In this document: one piece after another, positions 1 to 10,908 of the stretch
Numbering within the stretch: position 1 is the stretch's first letter
Layout: every line of letters starts with the position of its first letter
Origin: Candidatus Poribacteria bacterium
Lineage (GTDB): Bacteria > Poribacteria > WGA-4E > WGA-3G
Reading direction: 5' to 3'
Assembly: GCA_965198235.1 (NCBI GenBank)
Contig: OZ240248.1
Location: 3,552,001-3,616,000, forward strand
DNA length: 64,000 nucleotides
Translations under genes and position numbers: made by a program
Notes under the pieces: generated by a model
Databases searched by the model: none
Told to the model about the DNA's origin: nothing
The model's input: only the letters and a program-made list of their open reading frames with translations

Positions 1-784
1 GTATCCGAATACCGCTTTTGCTGACAAGGCACGGTATCAATATGCAAGTTCACTCTATTATCAGGGCAACTACGCAGAAGCACGTTTGCAATTCCAACAG
101 GTCATTGAAAACCATCAGCCCGAAAATCAGATGTACAGCCTGTACGCACAGAAGGCAATAGGCAACACCTACGAACAGGAAGGCACCTACGAAAAAGCCA
201 TTGATGCCTATCAGGTAAAAGCATTCCCGCCCACACCAGACCTCTCGCCAGAGATTCGGAAGTTCGTACTTGCCGAAGCCAAATTTAACCAGGCAATTGT
301 TTATGAAAAGTTAGGGGATGCCGATGCAGCGCGTGCCGCATATAAGGAGATCATGGATGAGTTCCGGACGACCCTTGAAGCAGGCCTTGCCCAAAAAAGT
401 CTTGAAGTAATTGAAGATGCCAAAGTGGTTATTGCTGCCATCGGTGAAGCGTTGGATCTCTCAAATGCGGAAAAACTGGAGAACGAAAAGCGTTACTATG
501 ACGCTTATGTCGCGTATGCCGACGCGATTCGCACCTACAAAGTCAATAAAGACATTCAGGGTGGATTGTCCACGGAACTTCGAAAGCAGATCGGGAGTTT
601 TGAAAAAGAGGCGATGACAATCATAAATAGCGTTCAAAACGCCCGTCGCTACGACGACGAAGGCGAAGAAAGTTCAGCACTCTACAGTTATGATCTGGTT
701 GTTGAATTTGAAAAACTGGGGTTAAGTCGCCGCCTCTATGAGAACGCACTGCTCCATTACAAGCGTCTTGGATCTGCCCAGTAA
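1..784 (+). CDS. Tetratricopeptide-repeat protein, 5' partial
   Basis: Frame is open from position 2 (YPNTAFADKARYQYASSLYYQGNYAEARLQF...). TPR-like helical motifs AIGNTYEQEGTYEKAIDAY and AKFNQAIVYEKLGDADAARAAY. Confidence 0.75.
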   Translation, partial: YPNTAFADKARYQYASSLYYQGNYAEARLQFQQVIENHQPENQMYSLYAQKAIGNTYEQEGTYEKAIDAYQVKAFPPTPDLSPEIRKFVLAEAKFNQAIVYEKLGDADAARAAYKEIMDEFRTTLEAGLAQKSLEVIEDAKVVIAAIGEALDLSNAEKLENEKRYYDAYVAYADAIRTYKVNKDIQGGLSTELRKQIGSFEKEAMTIINSVQNARRYDDEGEESSALYSYDLVVEFEKLGLSRRLYENALLHYKRLGSAQ

Positions 785-837
785 TTTGTTGTCGTTTTAC
801 CAACAATTTTTCTACCTTTATTTAAGGAGCAGGAATA

Positions 838-1860
838 ATGCTTTATAAATATAGTCGTCCTCCTTTTTTTGCTTCCAAAACCGTTGGATTCGCTCTTTTG
901 GCGGTGCTTTTTTTAGTCCTTATCCCGTTTGTATCATTAGGTAAAGCCGCACCCACAGGACACCTCGCTTATGCAGTCAACGGATTCGATGAAAATCTCG
1001 GGCGCTTCGATTGGAATCTCTATACGACGGCAATCAAAGGCACTAAGGATTTGAGAGCTACCCCTTTGAACCATAAAGGGATGTATCCCTCGTGGGGTCC
1101 GAACGGAGATATTCTCTATTTCATCCAACGGGATGCTGGGCACTCTAATGTTTATTCCATTAATCCTGAAAATCCGAAGAATAAGAAATTAATTACGCCA
1201 ACTGCTGGCACATATCGATTTCTTTCTGTTTCTCCCAATGGCAAAAAACTCGCTTTCAACGGTTGGACAATAAACCAGCTTCCTCAAGAAAACCAGATTT
1301 GGATGCTGGATATCGAGACCGGCGAGATGGAAGTCATGACGCAAGTGCCACACCTGGGCTGGCCCTTTTCATTTTGGGGAATGTCCTGGTCACCGAATAG
1401 CAAGCGGATCGCTTTTTCGCTCTCCAGACCCGGCTGGTTAGAACATCTCTATCTCTTAGACGCTGAAACCAAAGAGATAGAAATCTTGACCGAACTCCAT
1501 AAAGATTTTTATCCTGTGTGGGCACCCGATGGCCAACGCATCCTCTTTCTTAGATGGAACAGAGAGTTCGATACGTTCTGCACAGTCGATATTGAAACTA
1601 AAACAATTGAGACGTTGTTCGATGTGGACAAAGCCACGGGTTATTGGGCAGACTGGTCGCCTGAAGGCGACTATATAGCCTATTCCCGGTGGGGCTCCCT
1701 CTATCTTTACGACCTCGCTACCGATGAAACTGAAGTGATGGTCGAAGTTGATGGGAGCGTCTTTGTCATTGCTTGGTTGCGTGATGGGAAGATATTGCCG
1801 GTTGAACCTCAGCAAAAGTTAGTCACGACTTGGGGCAACCTTAAGCGCAAGAATTATTAG
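838..1860 (+). CDS. Secreted TolB-like (PD40) beta-propeller protein with C-terminal TWGxLK motif
   Basis: RBS AAGGAG, signal-like N-terminus, repeated PSWGPNG/SWSPNS/PVWAPDG/DWSPEG motifs, ends VEPQQKLVTTWGNLKRKNY. Confidence 0.8.
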   Translation: MLYKYSRPPFFASKTVGFALLAVLFLVLIPFVSLGKAAPTGHLAYAVNGFDENLGRFDWNLYTTAIKGTKDLRATPLNHKGMYPSWGPNGDILYFIQRDAGHSNVYSINPENPKNKKLITPTAGTYRFLSVSPNGKKLAFNGWTINQLPQENQIWMLDIETGEMEVMTQVPHLGWPFSFWGMSWSPNSKRIAFSLSRPGWLEHLYLLDAETKEIEILTELHKDFYPVWAPDGQRILFLRWNREFDTFCTVDIETKTIETLFDVDKATGYWADWSPEGDYIAYSRWGSLYLYDLATDETEVMVEVDGSVFVIAWLRDGKILPVEPQQKLVTTWGNLKRKNY

Positions 1861-1922
1861 TTAAAAGTAGTAGGCACACTCCGTGTGCCATAGCTCTAAG
1901 CACACCGAAAAAGGATAGACTG

Positions 1923-4340
1923 GTGTTATCCAGCGTTGAAAAAGCGTTAGAATACGACAAAATCCGGACACTTCTGAAAAAGTACACCGCTTCTCAACTC
2001 GGGACTGCGCGTGTTGACACCCTCACGCCATCTTCTGACATCGATAAAGTTCGCTATCTGCTCACATTATGCAGTGAAACAAAATTCTTTCATCAAGTTT
2101 ACGGCGGAATCCCGCTGAATGGTTTGAAGGATATCCGAAAATCGCTAACCCATGCTGCGAAGGTAGGCGCAATTTTAGATGCTGAGGAACTTCTTGATGT
2201 CCGAAAGGTCGCGCAGATTCCCGAAGACATCCATCGTGCTTTTAAGAAACGCGAGCGAGAGGAGTTTCCCAACCTCTTTACTATTGTTGATGCGCTGCCG
2301 GTGTTTCCAGAGTTAGTTGAGGCGATTAGTTATTGCATCGATGCGGAGGGAATGTTACTGGATCGCGCAAGTCCTGAGTTGCGCACCATCCGTCGCAAAC
2401 TGTCGCGTCTTCGTGAAAATATACACCAAAAACTGGAAGCGACACTGCGTTCACCAGAACATCAGAAAGCAATTCAGGAGCAGGTCATCACCTCTCGAAA
2501 CAATCGGTATGTCATCCCAATAAAGCAGGAGGCACGGTCATCTTTTCAAGGCGTAGTTCAGGGGCAATCCACAAGCGGTGCAACCTTTTTTGTAGAGCCT
2601 TTGGACATCGTTCAGATGAACAACGCACTCCATGAAGCCGCTGAAGCCGAACAACGTGAAATTCGACGCATTCTCCTTGAGCTCACCGATCGCGTGCGCG
2701 ACAACCTACACGAATTGGAACTGTCTCTTAATCTGTTAGCAGAGTTCGATTTCTTGAACGCAAAGGCACGTTTTAGTCTCGCGTTAAACGCTGTTGAACC
2801 GAAACTGAATACCCGTGGCGTTGTCAAATTGATTGAATCACGGCATCCGTTGTTGGAGTTCCATCTTCAGAACGAGCGTCCGTCAGCCCCTGATTCTGAT
2901 AAAGGTCCGGATCTACCAACGCATGTTGTTCCGACAAACATTCATATCGGCAAAACGTTCAATACACTGATTATCACCGGTCCGAATACGGGTGGCAAAA
3001 CCGTTGTTCTCAAAACGGTTGGGCTTTTAGTACTCATGGCACAATCCGGTTTGCATATCCCAGCGGAACACGGGAGTCAGGTTGCTATCTTCGACCAGGT
3101 CTTCGCTGACATTGGCGATGACCAAGGCATAGAACAGAGTCTGAGTACTTTCTCCTCACATATCACTAAAATTGCGGAGATGCTTAGGAAAATCGAGCAC
3201 GCCGAACATTCGCTTGTGCTGCTGGACGAGATCGGTGCTGGAACGGATCCCAGCGAAGGGACTGCCCTCGGTATGGCACTCCTTGATTGGCTTGGAGAAA
3301 GACAGGTTAATACGATCGTCACGACGCACTATGGTGCACTCAAGGCGTATGCCCATACACAGCAAAGTATGGAAAACGCTTCAATGGAGTTTGACTGGAC
3401 GACCCTGCGTCCGACCTACCGACTACAGGTAGGTATACCTGGAAGTAGCAATGCCATAAAAATTGCCTTGCGACTCGGAATCCCCTCTGAAATTCTTGAT
3501 GAAGCACAAACACATTTGGGCAATAATAACGTGGCTGTCGAAGATCTCCTCGTGCGTTTGCAGCAAACACAAGATGAATTGGAAACAGAACGTGCACTCC
3601 TACACGATAAAATTCAAGAAGCTGAGGTCGCATCCCAGAAACATACACAACTCCTTCAAACCCTTGAAACAGAACGGAATACCTTAAAACAGCAGGCTGA
3701 GAGTGAAGCTCGCGACATCGTTGCCAACGCACGCAAAACCATAGAGAAACTTGTCGCTGATATTCGTAAACAACAAGCCTCTAAAGCCAGTATCCAAAAC
3801 GCTTTTTCAGAGATAGAGGTTGCCAAAAAATCGCTGAAGAAGGAGCTCCCGAAAAAACAGCCTAACCAACCGAAGCTCAAAGTTAACGTCGGTGATAAGG
3901 TCAGAGTCAAGAAACTCAACCGATTTGGAGAGGTCACCGCTATTAAACCGCGCGGTAAAACGCCACTTCAGATTCTGGTTGGGAATATGCGAATGCAAGC
4001 CGCCTACCACGAAATCGATTCCGTGCACCCGAAACAAGAAACATCACACCTTTCGACATCTGTACTCGATATCCAATATAGTAAATCCAATACAATCAAT
4101 AGCGAGTTGAATATCCGAGGGTTGCTTGTAAAAGAGGCATTAGACGTGACCGATAAGTATCTCGATGATGCGTATCTCGCGGGTCTCCCGACAGTTCGTA
4201 TTCTTCACGGCAAAGGGACCGGCGCGTTGCGAAAAGCCGTTCATGACGAGTTGCGTGAGAATCCACGTGTAACCAAATACCAGCTTGCCCCGCTCAGCCA
4301 AGGCGGTGAGGGCATAACCGTCGTCACATTTAAAGAGTGA
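1923..4340 (+). CDS. mutS2: Endonuclease MutS2
   Basis: Walker A ITGPNTGGKT, QSLSTFSSH, LLDEIGAGTDP, coiled coil, C-terminal Smr domain ILHGKGTGALR. Confidence 0.95.
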   Translation: MLSSVEKALEYDKIRTLLKKYTASQLGTARVDTLTPSSDIDKVRYLLTLCSETKFFHQVYGGIPLNGLKDIRKSLTHAAKVGAILDAEELLDVRKVAQIPEDIHRAFKKREREEFPNLFTIVDALPVFPELVEAISYCIDAEGMLLDRASPELRTIRRKLSRLRENIHQKLEATLRSPEHQKAIQEQVITSRNNRYVIPIKQEARSSFQGVVQGQSTSGATFFVEPLDIVQMNNALHEAAEAEQREIRRILLELTDRVRDNLHELELSLNLLAEFDFLNAKARFSLALNAVEPKLNTRGVVKLIESRHPLLEFHLQNERPSAPDSDKGPDLPTHVVPTNIHIGKTFNTLIITGPNTGGKTVVLKTVGLLVLMAQSGLHIPAEHGSQVAIFDQVFADIGDDQGIEQSLSTFSSHITKIAEMLRKIEHAEHSLVLLDEIGAGTDPSEGTALGMALLDWLGERQVNTIVTTHYGALKAYAHTQQSMENASMEFDWTTLRPTYRLQVGIPGSSNAIKIALRLGIPSEILDEAQTHLGNNNVAVEDLLVRLQQTQDELETERALLHDKIQEAEVASQKHTQLLQTLETERNTLKQQAESEARDIVANARKTIEKLVADIRKQQASKASIQNAFSEIEVAKKSLKKELPKKQPNQPKLKVNVGDKVRVKKLNRFGEVTAIKPRGKTPLQILVGNMRMQAAYHEIDSVHPKQETSHLSTSVLDIQYSKSNTINSELNIRGLLVKEALDVTDKYLDDAYLAGLPTVRILHGKGTGALRKAVHDELRENPRVTKYQLAPLSQGGEGITVVTFKE

Positions 4341-4356
4341 GGTCCTACATAGAATT

Positions 4357-4386
4357 GTAGGTTGGGTTGAACGAAGTGAACCCAAC
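4357..4386 (+). repeat. GTAG-type REP-like palindrome, family A (GTAGGTTGGGTTGA...GAAACCCAAC)
   Basis: Related copies at 48738-48838, 48866-48968 (inverted), 59880-59908, 60398-60426 (inverted) and 63621-63651. Confidence 0.75.
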
Positions 4387-4403
4387 TCCCCCAACTAACC
4401 GAG

Positions 4404-4468
4404 GTAGGTGCGGTTTCCTAACCGCTGATGGTTTCCATATATGGTAGGTGTGGTTTTCAACCGTACCG
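4404..4468 (+). repeat. Two GTAGGTGYGGTTT..AACCGY REP-like palindromes, family B
   Basis: gtaggtgcggtttcctaaccgc and gtaggtgtggttttcaaccgtacc. Related copy near 63714-63735. Confidence 0.6.
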
Positions 4469-4508
4469 GGTTTGAAGTAACAGCATAATACATAAAGGCA
4501 GATTCACT

Positions 4509-6344
4509 GTGAACAGCCCCCAGACAAGAGCCACTGTGCCACGCGAAACAATTGATGAGATTCGGAGCCGAAGCGATATTGTTGAAGTTGTCTCCGAGTG
4601 TGGTGTTGTTCTGCGTCCTGCCGGTCAGAGTTACAAAGGGCTCTGCCCATTTCACGATGAGAAGACACCCTCCTTCACAGTCTCACCTCAAAAGCAGATG
4701 TTCTACTGTTTTGGGTGTCAAACGGGTGGCAATGTCATCTCTTTTGTGCAAAAGTATGAAGGTAAGAACTTCATTGAGACGCTGGAGTGGTTAGCGGGTA
4801 GGCTGAATATCGACCTCCCGAATCAAGACGCTCGCGAGAGTGCTAACCGAAAAAGGGTCACATCTTTAGAAGACCTCAACCGGTTTGCAGTGGAATACTA
4901 CCACAACCAACTTCTGATTGATAGAGCGGGTGCCTCAGCGATGCAGTATCTCAAGCACCGTGGTGTTCAACTGAAAACGCTCCGTTCCTTCCAGTTGGGC
5001 TACGCAAAGTCTGGGCGACGCGATCTTATTAAAGTCGCGACAGATAAAGGCTTCAGTGTCCAGCAACTCATTGACGCTGGGCTCATTAAGGATGAAGATC
5101 GGGGGCCTCAGGATCGATTTTGGAACAGGGTCCTTTTTCCGATTCAGAATGAGCGCGGTGTACCAGTCGGTTTCGGTGGACGCTCGCTCTCTGAGGAACA
5201 TCAGCCGAAGTATTTAAATTCTCCCGCGACGGTTCTATATGATAAGAGTAATGTCCTTTACAACCTTGACAAAGCCCGTCAATCTATCTACAAGAAGCAG
5301 CATGTCCTTCTTGTAGAGGGCTATATGGACGTTTTGATGCTTTTTCAGTCTGGGATTGAGAATGTAGTCGCGTCCTCCGGGACCTCATTGAGCGAAAATC
5401 ACGCGAACTTATTGAAGCGGTTTGCTCCCGAAGTTATCATTGTCTACGACGGAGATGCCTCCGGTTTCCAAGCTGCACAACGCGGGTTGCACCGACTGCT
5501 CGCAGAGGGGTTGCGGGTGCGTATTGCCCTGCTACCCACAGGAGAAGATCCAGATTCATTTACGCGGCAACACGGAGCTGCCGCGTTCACAGAACTCACA
5601 GACAAAGCGATAAATCTCATCGAATTTCAGATTCAAGCTGCCATCCAACGGCAGGACATTCATCGAGTTGACGTGAAAACACAGGTCGTCAAAGAGGTTG
5701 TTGAGACACTCCTGAACCTCAAGAATCGGGTAGAGCGGAACGAATACATCAAATACGCTGCAAGGGAACTTCATGTGGAGGAGTCGGTACTTTGGCAGGA
5801 ATTGCGAGATGCAGGGTTCAAGGAGATGCCTACTTCCAATCAGCAGAGGCGAACCAAGACAAATAACCGAAGGTTGACACCCCGCGCACAAATTGAGCGT
5901 CAATTGATTGAAGCATTAATTCAAAGTCCAGCGTTAATTTCCTATGTCAAATCTCAATTTGACCATCAGAGTTTCACGGAACCTCACTTTGTTAGAATCG
6001 CGCAGTTGCTGTGGGAGGCTTGCACGGACGGCGAGGATGTAGATATCCAAACCCTAATTAATGAATGCCCTGACGAAAAACTAAGCGCGTTCATTTCGAG
6101 TGCGATTCTACAGGAAGCACCTCCACCGAATCTACAGGCACGGGTGGAGGGGTGCCTTAAAAAACTACGGCATTTCCTGTTGCGAGATCTTGAGCAGCGT
6201 GTTCGCTCACACGCACTCGCTGAGGGGGCTGATGAAATGGAAACCCTTAAGGAGTTGGTGAAACTCTCGAACCAAAGACGTGCCTTACGCGATCGCGATA
6301 TTGTGGACACTCAGGGTGAAAACCCAAATAAAGGAGGAAGTTGA
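4509..6344 (+). CDS. dnaG: DNA primase
   Basis: CHC2 zinc finger [11 protein letters not shown]...CFGC, PKYLNSP, Toprim VEGYMDV and YDGDASG. Confidence 0.97.
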   Translation: MNSPQTRATVPRETIDEIRSRSDIVEVVSECGVVLRPAGQSYKGLCPFHDEKTPSFTVSPQKQMFYCFGCQTGGNVISFVQKYEGKNFIETLEWLAGRLNIDLPNQDARESANRKRVTSLEDLNRFAVEYYHNQLLIDRAGASAMQYLKHRGVQLKTLRSFQLGYAKSGRRDLIKVATDKGFSVQQLIDAGLIKDEDRGPQDRFWNRVLFPIQNERGVPVGFGGRSLSEEHQPKYLNSPATVLYDKSNVLYNLDKARQSIYKKQHVLLVEGYMDVLMLFQSGIENVVASSGTSLSENHANLLKRFAPEVIIVYDGDASGFQAAQRGLHRLLAEGLRVRIALLPTGEDPDSFTRQHGAAAFTELTDKAINLIEFQIQAAIQRQDIHRVDVKTQVVKEVVETLLNLKNRVERNEYIKYAARELHVEESVLWQELRDAGFKEMPTSNQQRRTKTNNRRLTPRAQIERQLIEALIQSPALISYVKSQFDHQSFTEPHFVRIAQLLWEACTDGEDVDIQTLINECPDEKLSAFISSAILQEAPPPNLQARVEGCLKKLRHFLLRDLEQRVRSHALAEGADEMETLKELVKLSNQRRALRDRDIVDTQGENPNKGGS

Positions 6345-7885
6345 TGATGGATTTCAAGGATCATCCTACTCTTGATTATCTGGATGCCGAGGGCAACGAT
6401 GAACTCGGATACGAAGATGAAATGGCAGAAATAGCCGCAGCAAGCACAAGTTACACGGACGATTCTGTGAAGGTGTACATGCGCGAGATGGGGAAATTTC
6501 AATTGCTTGATAAGAAGCAAGAGGTTGAACTCGCTAAGCAGATTGAGGCGGGACATCGTACGGCTCATGAAGCAACCTTCGGCACAGCACTCGCTATTAC
6601 TGCAGTTCGGAAACTTCTCTATAAAATCGTCACAGTTAAAAAGCGTGCCTCTGATATTATTGATATGCCTGTTTCTAGTACCTCGACCCAGAATAAGGAA
6701 CGCAAATTACGCGAACAGGTCAAGAAAGCGTTGGGTGTACTTGAAAACTTGGAGATGGAACGTCTCACCGTTACCCCGCTTCCTGCTGCTGAAAACGGAG
6801 GGAAAACCCCTGCGAAATCGAAAACCCGTACCAATCTCATTAAGACGCTCGAAGAGCTGAAGATTGACCGGGAGGAGATTAGCAAAATTTCTGACCTCGT
6901 CAAACAAGCCGAGTATCAGATTAGCACCTGGGAAAGTGAAATCCAGGACCTTCAGCAGACACATGATATCCCCGATGAATGGTTCAACGGGAGTAACGGA
7001 GCTGAGCGTCAGTTTGAAACTGATGTTGCGAAGGCTGCCTATGTAAACATCGTTCGTTTACAACGCAATATACGACAGCACATGACCGAAATTGGGGTTC
7101 CACGAGAACGGCTCAAGGCTCTCACACAGCAGATTGACAAAGGCGAATCCGCAGCACAAGACGCGAAGATGGCGATTGTTGAAGCGAACCTCCGACTTGT
7201 TGTCAGCATTGCAAAGAAGCATAGGCACCGCGCATCGGGACTCGAATTTCTCGACTTAATCCAGGAGGGAAATATCGGGTTGATGCGGGCGGTGGACAAA
7301 TTTGATTATCAGCGCGGATATAAATTTAGCACCTATGCCACATGGTGGATTCGACAAGGTATCACACGTGCTATTGCTGACCAAGGACGCACGATCCGCA
7401 TCCCTGTCCACATGCACGAGCGGATTAACAAAATCAGGCGTGTGCAACGTTCGCTCTTACAGGAATTAGGCACCGAACCATCGGCTGAACAGATCGCCAC
7501 AGATCTCAGGATTTCCCCCAATAAGGTCAACGAAGCTTTATCAGTCGCGCCTGAAACAGCCTCTTTAGACACCCCGATCGGTGAAGAGGATGAGAATCCT
7601 CTCGGTGCCTTCATTATGGATGTTGACTCTCCTTCCCCTGTACAAGAAGCGGAATTAAATATACTCAAAGAGCAGATTCAAGAGGTCCTTTCCGAGTTAA
7701 ATGAACGCGAAAGAAGAGTGATTTCTCTCCGTTTTGGGATTGAGGATGGTTATCCAAGGACCCTTGAAGAGGTCGGCAATATCTTCAAGGTAACACGCGA
7801 GCGAATCCGGCAAATTGAAGCGAAAGCACTTCGTAAGTTAAGACACCCAAGGCGAAGTCGAAAACTTCGAGATTTTGTTAATTAA
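6341..7885 (+). CDS. rpoD: Primary RNA polymerase sigma-70 factor
   Basis: Region 1.2 [51 protein letters not shown], region 4 TLEEVG...RERIRQIE. Directly follows dnaG. Confidence 0.95.
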   Translation: MMMDFKDHPTLDYLDAEGNDELGYEDEMAEIAAASTSYTDDSVKVYMREMGKFQLLDKKQEVELAKQIEAGHRTAHEATFGTALAITAVRKLLYKIVTVKKRASDIIDMPVSSTSTQNKERKLREQVKKALGVLENLEMERLTVTPLPAAENGGKTPAKSKTRTNLIKTLEELKIDREEISKISDLVKQAEYQISTWESEIQDLQQTHDIPDEWFNGSNGAERQFETDVAKAAYVNIVRLQRNIRQHMTEIGVPRERLKALTQQIDKGESAAQDAKMAIVEANLRLVVSIAKKHRHRASGLEFLDLIQEGNIGLMRAVDKFDYQRGYKFSTYATWWIRQGITRAIADQGRTIRIPVHMHERINKIRRVQRSLLQELGTEPSAEQIATDLRISPNKVNEALSVAPETASLDTPIGEEDENPLGAFIMDVDSPSPVQEAELNILKEQIQEVLSELNERERRVISLRFGIEDGYPRTLEEVGNIFKVTRERIRQIEAKALRKLRHPRRSRKLRDFVN

Positions 7886-7910
7886 TGACGATACCTGCTC
7901 TCGCTTCGCC

Positions 7911-7937
7911 GTAGGAGGCTCTCCGAATCCCGACTCC
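7911..7937 (+). repeat. GTAGGAGG...CCCGACTCC REP-like palindrome, family D
   Basis: Inverted relatives at 60353-60380 and 60436-60461. A coding copy lies at 56733-56756. Confidence 0.7.
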
Positions 7938-7960
7938 TGACGACTGACGACTATTAAAAT

Positions 7961-7989
7961 TTGATTTTTAAAGCGAAATATGATATAAT
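7961..7989 (+). promoter_or_regulatory. Sigma70-type promoter for the tRNA pair
   Basis: TTGATT-17 nt-TATAAT with extended -10 TG, 24 nt upstream of the first tRNA. Confidence 0.7.
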
Positions 7990-8013
7990 TTTTACACGAA
8001 CCCTGTTCTAAGG

Positions 8014-8086
8014 GGGCCCATAGCTCAGTGGTCAGAGCCGCCGGCTCATAACCGGCTGGTCCTAGGTTCGAGTCCTAGTGGGCCCA
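8014..8086 (+). tRNA. tRNA with CAT anticodon, most likely tRNA-Ile2 (lysidine-modified)
   Basis: Acceptor GGGCCCA/TGGGCCC, anticodon arm CCGG-CTCATAA-CCGG, T-loop GGTTCGAGTCC. Lacks initiator features. Position after rpoD parallels E. coli ileX. CCA is not encoded. Confidence 0.88.
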
Positions 8087-8097
8087 TACCCTTACGT

Positions 8098-8170
8098 GGG
8101 GCGTTAGCTCAGGGGTACGAGCGCTACCTTCACACGGTAGAAGTCACTGGTTCAAATCCAGTACGCCCCA
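8098..8170 (+). tRNA. tRNA-Val(CAC)
   Basis: Acceptor GGGGCGT/ACGCCCC, anticodon arm CTACC-TTCACAC-GGTAG, T-loop GGTTCAAATCC. CCA is not encoded. Confidence 0.92.
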
Positions 8171-8196
8171 TTGTCTGTCAAATCGAGGAGAGGTAG

Positions 8197-9267
8197 ATGG
8201 AAAGTAAGAATACCCCGAATTTTGTCCAAGCAGGGGTCAAGGCTATTGATTGCGACATCCATAACGAAGTCCCAAACTTACAGACGCTTTTCCCTTACAT
8301 GTCTGATTTCTGGTGCGACTATTGTAGTACCTCCGGCTTTAGAGGTCCCGATGCAAATGACTATCCGCGTGAGGCACCGCTAACGACGCATCCCGATGCA
8401 CCGTCCCCCTGGGATATGGATCTCGAACATGTCCGCGAACATCTGCTTGATGCTTGGAATCTCGAATACGGTATTCTCAACTGTGCCTATCGCGTGCAAA
8501 GCGTCCACAACCCGGACCTCGCTGCGGCTATCGCGCAGGCGATAAACGATTGGCAGATAGAACATTGGCTCGATCCCGAACCCCGACTTCGTGCTTCCCT
8601 TGTTGTTCCAAGCCAACTTCCGGATCTCGCCGCGAAGGAAATTGACAGAGTTGGTGATCATCCAGGGTTTGTCCAAGCGATACTCCCTGTCCGTTCACGT
8701 ACCCCATACGGTAACCGCATTCATCATCCGATTTACGAAGCCGCAGTCCGAAATAATCTCGCTATTGGCATCCATTACGGCGGTGCTCCGGGCAATCAGC
8801 CCTCTCCTACTGGCTGGCCCTCTACATTTTTAGAGGAATATAGTGGGATGACTCAGGTCTTCCAAGCACAAGTAATTAGCCTCGTTGCGGAAGGCGTTTT
8901 CGACCAATTCCCGGAACTGCGTGTCGTTCTGATTGAAAGTGGTTTTACGTGGCTTCCCGCCATGATGTGGCGGATTGATAAAGAGTGGCGAGGCCTCCGA
9001 AACAACACACCGTGGGTAAAACGTCCACCTTCTGAATACATGCGTAAGCACATTCGGTTTACCTTACAACCTATTGATTCACCCCCAACACCGAAACAAC
9101 TTCTTCAGATTATCGGGCAATTGGAGTCCGATGAGATGCTGATGTTTTCAACAGATTATCCGCATTGGCAGTTCAATACGCCCAACGATGCCTTCCCAGC
9201 GGAACTACCGGGCTCACTCGCTCGTAAAATTTTACACGAGAACGCACGTGCCTTCTATCAACTTTAG
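8197..9267 (+). CDS. Amidohydrolase_2-fold protein, likely structural subunit of a dinuclear oxygenase
   Basis: IDCDIH, IGIHYGG, LIESG, STDYPHWQ motifs. Paralogous to the next gene. Confidence 0.8.
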   Translation: MESKNTPNFVQAGVKAIDCDIHNEVPNLQTLFPYMSDFWCDYCSTSGFRGPDANDYPREAPLTTHPDAPSPWDMDLEHVREHLLDAWNLEYGILNCAYRVQSVHNPDLAAAIAQAINDWQIEHWLDPEPRLRASLVVPSQLPDLAAKEIDRVGDHPGFVQAILPVRSRTPYGNRIHHPIYEAAVRNNLAIGIHYGGAPGNQPSPTGWPSTFLEEYSGMTQVFQAQVISLVAEGVFDQFPELRVVLIESGFTWLPAMMWRIDKEWRGLRNNTPWVKRPPSEYMRKHIRFTLQPIDSPPTPKQLLQIIGQLESDEMLMFSTDYPHWQFNTPNDAFPAELPGSLARKILHENARAFYQL

Positions 9268-9306
9268 TCTGTTTTCACTTTATTAAGTCTTTTGGAGAAA
9301 AACGCA

Positions 9307-10383
9307 ATGGAAAACACAGCGACGAAACGTTCTAAATTCCCAGTTATTGATTGCGATGTCCACAACTCTATCCCACCAGGAGGTCTATCCCCCTATCTGT
9401 CCGAGCGGTGGCAGGAGCACTATAAGACTTTCGGGCTCCGAAGCCGTATTGGTGGCTATTATCCGCGTGCGGTCCTCAATGCCGCACGGCGGGACGCATG
9501 GCCCCCCTCAGGACTCTCTCCCGGTGCAGATTTAGAGTTCATGCAGGAGCAACTGCTGGATGCATGGAATATCGAATACGGCGTGCTTAACCCGCTAATG
9601 CCTGTTGGTGAGCAGCTGAATCTTGAATTTGGTGCCGCGTTAGCACGGGCGGTCAACGATTGGCAGGTCGCCGATTGGGTGGAGCCTGAGCCACGCCTGC
9701 GTGCCTCTATTGTTGTTCCTTATGAGGATGGAGACCTTTCTGCTGAGGAGATCCACCGATGTGGTCCAAACCCAGCATTTGTCCAAATTCTGCTCATCGC
9801 TCGCACCAAAGATCCGCTTGGCAACCAAAGATATTGGAAAATCTACGAAGCCGCCGCTGAGTATGATTTACCTATCGGTATCCACTTCGGCGGCGTTGCC
9901 GGTCCTATCACGGGTGCCGGGTGGCCCTCCTATTACATCGAAGACCACGGGGGTATGCCGCAAGCCTTCCATACCCAAGTCATCAGTTACGTCATGGAAG
10001 GCATATTTGACCGTTTTCCGACGCTCAAGATTGTCCTCATTGAAGGTGGATTCGCATGGCTCCCACCGCTTATCTGGCGACTTGACGCGACGTGGGAAAA
10101 ACTGCGTGCCGAGGTGCCTGATCTTAAACGGAAACCCTCGGAATACATCCGAGATCATTTCTGGTTCAGCACACAACCGATGGAGGAACCGCCGAAGCGG
10201 GAGTATTTTGAGCAGCTACTGGAGCAGATGGACATGAACGACAAACTTATGTTCGCCACAGATTACCCGCATTGGGATTTTGACTCTCCTGACCGTGCTT
10301 TGCCCAGTTTCCTGAAACCGGAACTGCGTCGTAATATCTTAGGCGAGAATGCCCGCAATCTTTACGCATTTGATAAACTGTAG
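9307..10383 (+). CDS. Amidohydrolase_2-fold protein, likely catalytic dinuclear oxygenase subunit
   Basis: IDCDVH, IGIHFGG, LIEGG, ATDYPHWD. RBS GGAG precedes ATG 9307. Confidence 0.8.
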   Translation: MENTATKRSKFPVIDCDVHNSIPPGGLSPYLSERWQEHYKTFGLRSRIGGYYPRAVLNAARRDAWPPSGLSPGADLEFMQEQLLDAWNIEYGVLNPLMPVGEQLNLEFGAALARAVNDWQVADWVEPEPRLRASIVVPYEDGDLSAEEIHRCGPNPAFVQILLIARTKDPLGNQRYWKIYEAAAEYDLPIGIHFGGVAGPITGAGWPSYYIEDHGGMPQAFHTQVISYVMEGIFDRFPTLKIVLIEGGFAWLPPLIWRLDATWEKLRAEVPDLKRKPSEYIRDHFWFSTQPMEEPPKREYFEQLLEQMDMNDKLMFATDYPHWDFDSPDRALPSFLKPELRRNILGENARNLYAFDKL

Positions 10384-10470
10384 TGAGGGTTTCCTCTTAA
10401 AATAGGTAGGCGCGCTTTGTAAGCGCGCCAATCTATCACTGACTACTGACAACCGACAACTGATAACTAA

Positions 10471-10908
10471 ATGGCTAAATACGTAGTAGCAACCCCAGAT
10501 GAAATTCCTCCCGGTGAACGCAAAATCGTCGAAATCGGCGGGCGTTCCATCGGTATCTTTAATATTGATGGCGAATTTTTCGCTATCCGTAATAGCTGCC
10601 CACATCAAGGCGGACCCTTGTGCAGTGGGTTGGTCACTGGATTTTTAGAGTCCCCCGCGCCGGGCGACTATAACTACACCCGCCAAGGTGAAATTCTCCG
10701 ATGCCCATGGCACAGTTGGGAATTCGACATCAGAACAGGACAATCTTGGTGGAGTCCCGCGCAGCGACGCGTCAGAAGATACGAAGTCCAGGTCGAGAGC
10801 GGTGAGAACATCGAAGCATCCAACTCTGGACGCGAAAAAGGTCCCTATGTCGCCGACACGTTTCCGGTCACCGTCGAACAAAAGTACGTCGTCATTGAAA
10901 TCGACTAA
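10471..10908 (+). CDS. Rieske (2Fe-2S) ferredoxin
   Basis: CPHQG...CPWHSWEFD Rieske motif. Confidence 0.92.
   Translation: MAKYVVATPDEIPPGERKIVEIGGRSIGIFNIDGEFFAIRNSCPHQGGPLCSGLVTGFLESPAPGDYNYTRQGEILRCPWHSWEFDIRTGQSWWSPAQRRVRRYEVQVESGENIEASNSGREKGPYVADTFPVTVEQKYVVIEID

Noticed and set aside
8014-8086. Initiator tRNA-fMet or tRNA-Sec
   Set aside because: Paired 1-72 position and no GGG/CCC anticodon stem. The anticodon is CAT and the variable arm is short.
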